From NCBI GenBank assembly GCA_017522615.1, contig JAFWYR010000006.1:2866-66865 (forward strand): DNA of 64,000 nucleotides, given 5' to 3'. The notes under the pieces were generated by a model that was given only the letters and a program-made list of their open reading frames with translations, had not been told where the DNA came from and ran no database searches. The position numbers and the translations under genes were made by a program. The DNA is from Bacilli bacterium (lineage in GTDB: Bacteria; Bacillota_I; Bacilli_A; RF39; UBA660). Below are positions 28,540-37,044 of this stretch, in pieces (the first letter of the stretch is position 1; the number at the start of each line of letters is the position of its first letter).

Positions 28540-31500
28540 ATGATTATATATTTGATTAGACAAAACGAAATTGTGTCGATAAAAGTAGCCTCTGAATATA
28601 AAGGAAACTATTGGATTAAATGCAAGAACGACAGTGCAAAAAGCGTCAACTTGATTAATATAGAAGTAACAGAAGGATCATATGTTGCAAAAAGTAATGA
28701 AGATGCATCTATTGAAATAAATGGTGCACATGTAGAGTCAGCTAACTTGAATATGCATAACTTTTACACCATCAAAACAAAAAAAGAAAAAATGCTTCTA
28801 TATACTATGCCTCTTTATGATAATTCATTTAGAAAATACTACATCAAATCCGATAACATAACGATAGGAAAAACCGATAGCAATATAATAGTATATGGTT
28901 TAGAACTAATATCGGATAATCATGCGACTATTATTAAAACTGAAGAAGGATTAGAAATTGTTAGTAATGAAAGTGCATTTGGAGTATATGTCAACAAAGA
29001 AAAAGTTGGAAGAAAAAAATTAGAGGTTGGAGACTCTATATTTATAGCAGGACTAAGAATAATATATATGGGTGAGTTTTGGTTGATTAATAATCCAAAC
29101 AACATGCTAAAATTAAATTATCAAGTTATAGAAGAAAAACAAGATGTATTTGAAGAAACCACAAATGAAATAAAATCAGATCCGTATATGCAACTATATT
29201 CTGAAAGTGATTATTTTGAAAAAGCCCCAAGATTCATAACAGAATTTGAACCACAAAAAGTAGTGATAGATCCACCACCAAACAAACAAAACACCGAAGA
29301 AATGCCACTTTTATTAACAATCGGACCTATGATGACTATGGCAATAACTTCGATGGTAACAGCGTGGCAAGTAATAAGTAATATGGCAAACGGAGCTGAT
29401 ATTAAAACAGTTTTGCCTTCTCTAATCACTGTAATAGCTATGATGATGACAATGTTATTATGGCCAATTCTATCATCTAAATATCAAAAAAAGAGATCTA
29501 AGCAAAAAGAAGCTGAAAGACAAGAAAAATATCAAAAATACTTGTTAAAAAAGAAGATTGAAATTCAAAATTTAATGAAAAGAGAAAAACAAATAGTAAT
29601 CGACAACAATGTACCTTTGGAAGAATGTCAAAACATAATAATTAATAAAAAAATAAATCTTTGGGAAAAAGAAATATATCAAAAAGATTTCTTGACAGTA
29701 AGATTAGGAATTGGTTCTGTAAAACCAAGCATAGATATCTCATATCCTGAAGAACATTTCACAATGGAAGAAGATAATTTAAAAGATCTTTTAAGTAGAA
29801 CAGTCAAATACGATGAATATATAAAAGAAGTACCAATAAGTATTTCACTTATAGAGAAAAAAATATCAGAAATCAGAGGGGAAGAAAAATTAGTAGGTCA
29901 TTTCTTAGATAGTATATTATTACAATTAATGACATTTCATAGCTATAGAGATCTTAAAATAATAATATTAAAATCAGAAGAAGATGAAAGACTCTCATAC
30001 ATGAAAATGTCACAGTATCTATTTAGTGATGACATGCTAATAAGATTTTACGGAGACAACATAGATGATATTGAACAAATATCAAACTATTTAACTAGAA
30101 TATTTGATTCGAGATTGACAAATGAAAATGTAAAAGCCGAAAACTTTAAAAACTATAATACCTATTATCTAATATTAGCCGATAATGATATAAAAATAAA
30201 ACATACAGGAATAGTAAAAAAAATATTAGAAACAGAATTGAATTTTGGATTTAGCGTTATATTTTTAAGTAATAATTTATCATCATTGCCAAAAGAATGT
30301 ACAACCTTTATAACAATTAGTGGTGAAAACGGAAAAACATCAGGTTACTTTGAAAATGAATTAATAGCAGGCAAACAAAAACAATTTATCGCTGACCTTA
30401 ACTATAGTAATAGAGTTAATCTGCCAAAATGTGTTGAAGCACTAAATAAAATTCCACTAAGAAAAAAAGATAATTTGGAAAAAATGCCAAAAACAATTTC
30501 ATTTTTAGAATTATATAATGCTGGAAAAGTAGAACAACTTAATGTCGAATATAGATGGAAAAAGAACGATCCAACATTAACCTTAAACGCACCAATAGGA
30601 ATAGATGAAAATGGATCAATTTTCAAATTAGACTTACACGAAAAAAGACATGGTCCGCACGGACTTATAGCCGGAATGACAGGCTCTGGAAAATCAGAAT
30701 TTATTATTACTTATATCCTTTCGATGGCCATTAATTACCATCCTTACGAAGTATCATTTGTATTGATAGACTATAAAGGTGGAGGATTAGCTGGTGCCTT
30801 TGAAAATAGAAAAACAGGGTTAGTTTTACCACATCTAGCGGGAACTATAACCAACCTAGATATATCTACAATGAATAGAGCTCTTGCATCAATACATAGC
30901 GAACTTCAAAGAAGACAAATACTATTTAATGAAGCAAGAGAACAATTAGGTGAAAGTACAATAGATATTTATAAATATCAAAGATTTTATAGAGAAGGAA
31001 AGGTTGATAAACCAATTTCTCATCTAGTGATAATATCAGACGAATTTGCTGAATTAAAACAACAAAGACCAGAGTTCATGACAGAACTAATAAGCGCAGC
31101 AAGAATCGGAAGATCACTAGGAGTTCACTTAATACTTGCAACTCAAAAGCCAAGCGGAATCGTCGATGATCAAATATGGTCAAACAGTAAATTTAGAGTA
31201 TGTTTAAAAGTTCAAGATAGATCAGATAGTAACGATGTAATTGGAAGGCCAGATGCAGCCGCCTTAATTGATGTTGGAAGGTTTTATCTTCAAGTTGGAT
31301 ACAATGAACTGTTTGCTCTAGGCCAGTCAGCTTATTCAGGAGCTTCATATTACCCTCAAGATAAAATGCAAAAAAGAACAGATACATCGATTAATTTTAT
31401 TGATAATATTGGAAATACAATAAAAACATCAGATGACAATATTATTACAGTAAAACCAAGTGGAGAAGAATTAACAAACATTGTTAAATATCTTATATCT

Positions 31501-33144
31501 ATATCAGCAGAAAATAACATTAAAGTTGACAAATTATGGCTCGACCAGCTTAGAAATATAATTTATGTAGACGAATTAAAAAGAAAATATGGTTACACAC
31601 CGACAAAAAATATTATTAATCCGATAATAGGAGAGTTTGACGACCCAGGACGTCAGAGACAAGGATTATTAACTTTACCTCTTTCCGAAGACGGTAATAC
31701 TATAATATATGGTGTTGCAGGTAGTGGTAAACAAGATTTACTATCGACAATGATATATTCAATTATTACCGAACACGATGCATCTGAAGCAAGTTTATAT
31801 ATCTTAGATTTTGGCTCTGAAATATTAAAAATGTTTTCACAAGCACCTCAAGTTGGAGAAGTTGTTTCGATAGATGAAGAAGAAAAAGTTCAAAACTTAT
31901 TTAAAATGTTAAATACCGCAATAGAATATAGAAAAACATCTTTAGAAAAATATAATGGTGATTTTAAATTATATAATCAAAAGGAAGAAAAAAAACTTGC
32001 AACATATATTGTCATAATTAATAACTATGAAGCATTTTCTGAAAGTTATGAAGAATGTAATAATATGCTAGCAGTTCTTTCAAGAGAAGGATTAAAATAT
32101 GGAATAATATTTGTATTAGCATGCTCAGCAAGTAATGCTGTAAGATATAGAATATCACAGAACTTTAAACAACTTATCCCATTACAATTAAACGATCCAT
32201 TAGATTACCGAACAATTTTAGGTAAAACCGGAGGAATAATTCCATCAGATAATGTTGGTAGAGGATTAATAAAAATGGACGGCGTATATGAGTTCCAAAC
32301 TGCAATAATAGCTGATAGAGAAAGTCAATTTGAATATGTAAGACAAGTGTGTAAGGAATTAAGCATCAAAAGCAAATATAAAGCAACCAGTATACCAGTA
32401 TTACCTGAAAGAATTTCAATCAATCTACTTAAGCAATACATAAGTCCAAAAACAAATGGATATTTCCCAGTCGGAATATACAAAGATGATCTTAAAGTAG
32501 CATATCAAAATATTAAAAATAATATAGGAACTATAGTTTCTTCAATTGATCAAGATGCATTCGCAAACTTTATAAATCCTTTAATTAGAGAATTTATAAT
32601 AACAAATAAAGTAATCGTAATAGATGCCATGGAAATGGTAGAAAAAGATGACACATTTAATTATCATAACACTAAATTTGATGAAACCATCGATGAATTA
32701 AATAACTATATAGAAAAATTATATAATCAATATTCATCACATAACTATGACGCATCAACCATAGAAAAAGAGGAAAATATTATATGTGTTATATCTGGCG
32801 TTGGAAACCTACTAAATAGGATAAAAAGCGAAACAAAAGAAAAATTTGAAAATATGTTCACAAAAGATGCCGAGGTAAAAAAAGTATGGTTTGTTATAGT
32901 TGATACTGCAACTAATTTAAAGAGGGTAGAATTTGATAATTGGTATAAAGCAGCTATAACTCAAAATGCCGGAATTTGGATAGGAAATGGTATCAATGAT
33001 CAATCAGTCATCAAACTTGCAAAATTAGTACCAAACGGCAATATAGAAATTAAAAATAATTATGGATATGTTGTCAATAAAGGTAACGCACAATTTACAA
33101 AATTGTTAGAAGGTGAAATGGATGGAAAACAAAATACTAATTGA
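28540..33144 (+). CDS. essC: T7SSb EssC/YukB-type FtsK/SpoIIIE ATPase with N-terminal FHA-like domains
   Basis: 1534 aa. FHA-like ITIGKTDSNIIVYG...DNHATII...GVYVNKEKV. Two TM helices (aa ~255-310). P-loop D1 GMTGSGKS with Walker B LVIISDEFAEL, D2 GVAGSGKQ, D3 without a P-loop. Confidence 0.9.
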   Translation: MIIYLIRQNEIVSIKVASEYKGNYWIKCKNDSAKSVNLINIEVTEGSYVAKSNEDASIEINGAHVESANLNMHNFYTIKTKKEKMLLYTMPLYDNSFRKYYIKSDNITIGKTDSNIIVYGLELISDNHATIIKTEEGLEIVSNESAFGVYVNKEKVGRKKLEVGDSIFIAGLRIIYMGEFWLINNPNNMLKLNYQVIEEKQDVFEETTNEIKSDPYMQLYSESDYFEKAPRFITEFEPQKVVIDPPPNKQNTEEMPLLLTIGPMMTMAITSMVTAWQVISNMANGADIKTVLPSLITVIAMMMTMLLWPILSSKYQKKRSKQKEAERQEKYQKYLLKKKIEIQNLMKREKQIVIDNNVPLEECQNIIINKKINLWEKEIYQKDFLTVRLGIGSVKPSIDISYPEEHFTMEEDNLKDLLSRTVKYDEYIKEVPISISLIEKKISEIRGEEKLVGHFLDSILLQLMTFHSYRDLKIIILKSEEDERLSYMKMSQYLFSDDMLIRFYGDNIDDIEQISNYLTRIFDSRLTNENVKAENFKNYNTYYLILADNDIKIKHTGIVKKILETELNFGFSVIFLSNNLSSLPKECTTFITISGENGKTSGYFENELIAGKQKQFIADLNYSNRVNLPKCVEALNKIPLRKKDNLEKMPKTISFLELYNAGKVEQLNVEYRWKKNDPTLTLNAPIGIDENGSIFKLDLHEKRHGPHGLIAGMTGSGKSEFIITYILSMAINYHPYEVSFVLIDYKGGGLAGAFENRKTGLVLPHLAGTITNLDISTMNRALASIHSELQRRQILFNEAREQLGESTIDIYKYQRFYREGKVDKPISHLVIISDEFAELKQQRPEFMTELISAARIGRSLGVHLILATQKPSGIVDDQIWSNSKFRVCLKVQDRSDSNDVIGRPDAAALIDVGRFYLQVGYNELFALGQSAYSGASYYPQDKMQKRTDTSINFIDNIGNTIKTSDDNIITVKPSGEELTNIVKYLISISAENNIKVDKLWLDQLRNIIYVDELKRKYGYTPTKNIINPIIGEFDDPGRQRQGLLTLPLSEDGNTIIYGVAGSGKQDLLSTMIYSIITEHDASEASLYILDFGSEILKMFSQAPQVGEVVSIDEEEKVQNLFKMLNTAIEYRKTSLEKYNGDFKLYNQKEEKKLATYIVIINNYEAFSESYEECNNMLAVLSREGLKYGIIFVLACSASNAVRYRISQNFKQLIPLQLNDPLDYRTILGKTGGIIPSDNVGRGLIKMDGVYEFQTAIIADRESQFEYVRQVCKELSIKSKYKATSIPVLPERISINLLKQYISPKTNGYFPVGIYKDDLKVAYQNIKNNIGTIVSSIDQDAFANFINPLIREFIITNKVIVIDAMEMVEKDDTFNYHNTKFDETIDELNNYIEKLYNQYSSHNYDASTIEKEENIICVISGVGNLLNRIKSETKEKFENMFTKDAEVKKVWFVIVDTATNLKRVEFDNWYKAAITQNAGIWIGNGINDQSVIKLAKLVPNGNIEIKNNYGYVVNKGNAQFTKLLEGEMDGKQNTN

Positions 33145-33373
33145 TGTTATAGTTCCAATTTTAGAAGAAAATTACAACGTATTTATTCCAGTAGGAAAAA
33201 CAGTTAAAAGTATTGAAGAACAACTTAAAAAGTGTATCGCAGATCTATCCCTAGGTGCGATAAACGAAAAACAAATAATGAGACTCTATGATTCTGACGG
33301 AAAAATAATAGATAGTAATTGTTATATAAAAGATTCAGGAATAAAAAATGGAAGCAAAGTAATATTAGTATAA
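33122..33373 (+). CDS. esaB: EsaB/YukD-like ubiquitin-fold T7SS protein
   Basis: 83 aa, overlaps the essC end. The pattern IDVIVPIL..NYNVFIPVGKTV...SGIKNGSKVILV is typical of YukD beta-grasp proteins. Start set at 33122 (RBS gaaggtg). Confidence 0.75.
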   Translation: MENKILIDVIVPILEENYNVFIPVGKTVKSIEEQLKKCIADLSLGAINEKQIMRLYDSDGKIIDSNCYIKDSGIKNGSKVILV

Positions 33374-33404
33374 ACACATTAAAATGAAATAGGAGGATTT
33401 TAAA

Positions 33405-33794
33405 ATGAGTGAAGAAAAAACAGAAGAAATAATCGAAACTTTAGAAACTGAAGAAAAACCAAAAGATAGCGATATACCTAACAAATACTTACCAATAGGA
33501 AGTGTTGTAACATTAAAAAATGCGATAAAAAGCTTAATGATTATTGGTTACTGCCCAGTTACTAATAATAACGAATTATTTGACTATTGTGGGGTATTAG
33601 TACCTGAAGGCTTACTTGAATCAGATAAATTTATAGTATTTAATCATAATGTCGTTGAAAAATTACACTTTCTAGGATTACAAAACGAAGAACAAAAAAA
33701 GTGGGAAAACACTGTTGAAGAAATGGCTAAAAACGCTATTAATAATAGTTATACGCAAGAAAACACAAGCAATAATCAAAATATAGAAAATTAG
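33405..33794 (+). CDS. DUF4176-family protein, copy 2 (with acidic N-terminal and N-rich C-terminal extensions)
   Basis: KYLPIGSVVTLKNAIKSLMIIGY...FDYCGVLVPEGL...VFNHNVVEKLHFLG. Confidence 0.75.
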   Translation: MSEEKTEEIIETLETEEKPKDSDIPNKYLPIGSVVTLKNAIKSLMIIGYCPVTNNNELFDYCGVLVPEGLLESDKFIVFNHNVVEKLHFLGLQNEEQKKWENTVEEMAKNAINNSYTQENTSNNQNIEN

Positions 33795-33880
33795 ATATTA
33801 AATACTTAAAATTAAACCATTTCTATTGAATTTTTAATCTGAAAAAGATATAATTATAATAATGAAGGGAGGTGTAAGTA

Positions 33881-34534
33881 ATGAGAATAGATATTCCACA
33901 TATGCGTAGTACCTTAGCTGATTTAAAAAAAGAAGGTAATAGTTATGTAAATACAATTGTACAATTGTATCAAGAAGTATATTCAAAATTAGACCCATTG
34001 GATGTATCATTACCATGGGCAGGTCCACAAGCAGGTAACTTTATAAATGAAGTTAGATCAATGGAACCTACTTTCTTAAATATAACTGAGACACTACAAC
34101 AAGCAACTGATTCGTTAGCAACTCACATTTCTGCATGGGGAAGTTTGGAAACAACGATGCAACAAGATGAATTATTTGAAAAATATCATCCTGAAACAAT
34201 ACAAGAAGCATCACATAAGAAAGATGGTAATGATGCTGTAACAAACGCAGCAGAAGTAAACATGAATTTTGAACCAGAGCAGGTTGAAGCTTTAAGGGCA
34301 AAAATCATTGATTTAGGTGAGATGATTAACAAATTGTTTGCCAATATTACTGGACCAATTTTGTCAAATGTTAAACAATATTACGAGTCTGATGCATCAA
34401 CTTCATATCAAAATAAAGTTGAAAACGCATCAAACGAAGCTAATAACGCGATGAAGAAGGTCATAAACAGATTTGATTATTGGTTAGCAGAAGCTAAAGC
34501 TGCTTACAATAAACAAGATCAAAATCTTATTTAA
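33881..34534 (+). CDS. Tandem WXG100-like protein (two helical-hairpin modules fused)
   Basis: 217 aa, strong RBS gggaggtg. First module has W46-A-G48 (34016-34024) at the expected turn. Second module (from about aa 125, MNFEPEQVEALRAKIIDL...) has the same helical layout without WXG. The C-terminus contains AYNKQD (YxxxD). Confidence 0.65.
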   Translation: MRIDIPHMRSTLADLKKEGNSYVNTIVQLYQEVYSKLDPLDVSLPWAGPQAGNFINEVRSMEPTFLNITETLQQATDSLATHISAWGSLETTMQQDELFEKYHPETIQEASHKKDGNDAVTNAAEVNMNFEPEQVEALRAKIIDLGEMINKLFANITGPILSNVKQYYESDASTSYQNKVENASNEANNAMKKVINRFDYWLAEAKAAYNKQDQNLI

Positions 34535-34537
34535 TTA

Positions 34538-34593
34538 ATAGAAAATCATATTGATTTTCTATGAGTGAAGATTCAGTCTTTGCTCATAGAAAA
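34538..34593 (+). promoter_or_regulatory. Pair of mutually exclusive hairpins between the WXG gene and downstream genes
   Basis: atagaaaatca (34538-34548) pairs with tgattttctat (34552-34562). Alternatively ttttctatgag (34555-34565) pairs with ctcatagaaaa (34583-34593). Both stems are 11 bp and share 34555-34562. Confidence 0.5.
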
Positions 34594-34617
34594 TTGATAT
34601 AAAAGGAGATGAAATAT

Positions 34618-35043
34618 ATGAGTCACCCACTAGCATATAACACACCATGCGAAAAAAATGGAAGCCATAGGGCACCAGACCCAATAGATTTGAGTGAAAT
34701 AGATTCTGCTGTTGAACAAGCTAAATCAGTTGTTGAATCGTTAAAGGCAGCTGCATCAATTTCAGCCAACGGCTTAATTAAAGGCTCAACATTTACAGAT
34801 ACAATAGATATGGCCAAGTCTGTTACTGATGCTATTGATAATAGTATTAATTCGATTATTACGGAAATTGGTAATATGAAATCATCAATTGAAACAGAAG
34901 TAGACGCAATATATTCAAAAGAACAGGCTGCTGCAGAAGCGTTAAATAGTGAAGATAGGCGAGCAGCACAAATTAGACGTCAAGAAGAACAAGCAAGAAT
35001 TGCAGCTATGCAAGCTGAGGCGACAATGCAGCATTATTCATAA
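34618..35043 (+). CDS. Small alpha-helical protein (WXG100-/Lap-like candidate T7SS substrate or targeting factor)
   Basis: 142 aa from the ATG at 34618 (RBS aaggag). Heptad-like helical sequence and a Q/R/A-rich C-terminus. No WXG motif. Confidence 0.5.
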   Translation: MSHPLAYNTPCEKNGSHRAPDPIDLSEIDSAVEQAKSVVESLKAAASISANGLIKGSTFTDTIDMAKSVTDAIDNSINSIITEIGNMKSSIETEVDAIYSKEQAAAEALNSEDRRAAQIRRQEEQARIAAMQAEATMQHYS

Positions 35044-35067
35044 CAATACGAAAGGGGAGGAATATAT

Positions 35068-37038
35068 ATGCCAAGTGAACCATGGTATGGCAATGCGTTA
35101 GCAAACACAGGGCCTAAAGTCAAATCTACGATGTCAGACGGAAATGGCGGAACATATTCTTTTTTGGAAGATGGTACAACTAGGTATACAGTAGATACAA
35201 GTCGCTCTGTAAATCCAACCGCTAGCGGATCAGGAGTAGTAGATACTAACACATCACGTTATAAAACCTACGATACAACAACTTTAATGCCACAATACTT
35301 AGATAAAGGTAATGGTAGTACATTATATAATTCAAATATTAATGGAGAATATGCCGATAGACTTCAAAATGAAAATAGAAAAAGACAACTATATGTACAA
35401 CAACAGGAATATAATAATTTATACAACAAAGCTAAAGAAAAAAATGCTCAAGGTATATTTGAATATTATCCTGATGAATTAGCTAGGGCAATTTTAGGAA
35501 TTAATGATGCCCTTACATTAATTGAATCTGCAAAAAGTTCAATACAGGCAATAAGTACTGCAGCTTCTAGCGCATGTTCTAAACATAATGCAGAATTAGC
35601 AAACGATCATTATCTAAAAGAAAGATGTGGGGATGCTAACTTAAGTTCTAAAATTCAATCATCAGCATCATCAGTTTCTAATAGTATATCTTCAGTAACT
35701 TCAGCTATAAATAATGTAACTAATAAGCTAAGTGCATTTTTACAAAAAGCTGGAATAGTTGACGACGTCGTTAATCAAGCAAACCAAATAATTAATTCTG
35801 TAAATAATTCAAATGCCGGATATGCAGGAACTCCATTAATTTCATTACTTAATGATAGTTCAATTGTTAATGGTTACCAAGAAATCGGTGAAGCAAAAGT
35901 AGGTGGAGGAATCACCATACCTGTATATAGTCCATCAAAACGTGCTCAATATAGTACTGAACACTTAAGTCAAGCTGCTCTTTACAAAACAGGTCTAATG
36001 TTTGAAAATGGTGTTCTTAATGGACTTGAGTCCTTATCTGACGCAGCATTATGGCTTGGTGCCAAATGCGTTGAACTTAAATACTTCCCATTAACGCACT
36101 TCACATCTGTTGGAAAAGCCGCAATGAATAATGTATATGGTTTTATACAGGAAGATCATACAGCAAACTTGCTAAAGAGCCAAACAAATAGTGGTATGGG
36201 CGGTTATTATGAGCGAATTGTTTTTGATCCTTTAAAAAACGATGGAGGACTATTTAAATCAGGTTCTAAACTTATCGAAACAGCTACCACGTCATACTTG
36301 ACAGGTAAAATAGTAAAAGCCGTAAATTTTTTAGGTACCATGGAACAAGAAGCTACAATAGGAGCCAAAAGTTTACAATCAGCTGAAGGAGCAGAAGTAA
36401 TTGAACAAGGAGCAGTAAAAGGAGCTCAAACTGCCGAAACAGCTGCAACTGAGGGAACTGAATTAGCAGAAAAAGGATCAAATTCATTTATTAATAGACT
36501 TAGAAGTGAACTACCTGATACAGGAAAGGCGACAAAAAAGACAATAGATTTTTCAAAAGGAACTTCAGAAAATATGGAAAGTAGAGCTAAAAATAATCCA
36601 GGTATTGATCCGGAATATAATTCAACCACTTCAGCAGTTGAAGAATTAGCAGAAAATATAACAGGAAAAGTGGCAGAAAAAGTTCCAGTGCCAGGATTAA
36701 ATAAGGATGCTGGTACCATAATAACAGATAAAATGAATTTAGGAACTGTCGAAAAAGATCTTGTTAAAAAAGGTGTAAATATGACAACAGAAGCTGCATT
36801 GGGAAGCGTCCCTGAACCAGTAAAAGCATATACCGATATAGATGGTTATTTAAGCTCAAGAGTTTATGATATACCTGAAGCAGCAGCAGCAGCACCGGGA
36901 GCTTTAAACAATGTGAGAAATGAAATAGCTAGTGCTATGAATATTGATATAAATAATCCTGATCCTAGAAATGCAAATGAACCAGTAAATACAACTGCCT
37001 CTGGAACATCGCAAGACACACATAATTTAATACCATAA
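35068..37038 (+). CDS. Large (656 aa) candidate T7SS substrate of unknown function
   Basis: RBS ggggagg. No signal peptide or TM segment. Long S/A/N-rich helical segment (aa ~150-235). Motif ENGVLNGLESLSDAALWLGA resembles KNGIYNAGETLIDGAFSLVG in the 20847-22232 protein. No toxin domain recognised. Confidence 0.5.
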   Translation: MPSEPWYGNALANTGPKVKSTMSDGNGGTYSFLEDGTTRYTVDTSRSVNPTASGSGVVDTNTSRYKTYDTTTLMPQYLDKGNGSTLYNSNINGEYADRLQNENRKRQLYVQQQEYNNLYNKAKEKNAQGIFEYYPDELARAILGINDALTLIESAKSSIQAISTAASSACSKHNAELANDHYLKERCGDANLSSKIQSSASSVSNSISSVTSAINNVTNKLSAFLQKAGIVDDVVNQANQIINSVNNSNAGYAGTPLISLLNDSSIVNGYQEIGEAKVGGGITIPVYSPSKRAQYSTEHLSQAALYKTGLMFENGVLNGLESLSDAALWLGAKCVELKYFPLTHFTSVGKAAMNNVYGFIQEDHTANLLKSQTNSGMGGYYERIVFDPLKNDGGLFKSGSKLIETATTSYLTGKIVKAVNFLGTMEQEATIGAKSLQSAEGAEVIEQGAVKGAQTAETAATEGTELAEKGSNSFINRLRSELPDTGKATKKTIDFSKGTSENMESRAKNNPGIDPEYNSTTSAVEELAENITGKVAEKVPVPGLNKDAGTIITDKMNLGTVEKDLVKKGVNMTTEAALGSVPEPVKAYTDIDGYLSSRVYDIPEAAAAAPGALNNVRNEIASAMNIDINNPDPRNANEPVNTTASGTSQDTHNLIP

Positions 37039-37044
37039 AAGACG

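Noticed and set aside
28079-33144. Functional coupling of the eno-linked pilin to the T7SS, i.e. the pilin as a T7SS component.
   Set aside because: The only evidence is adjacency. A separate promoter region lies between the pilin gene and essC, and the pilin has a paralog at an unrelated locus. It is treated as part of the dispersed pilus gene set instead.
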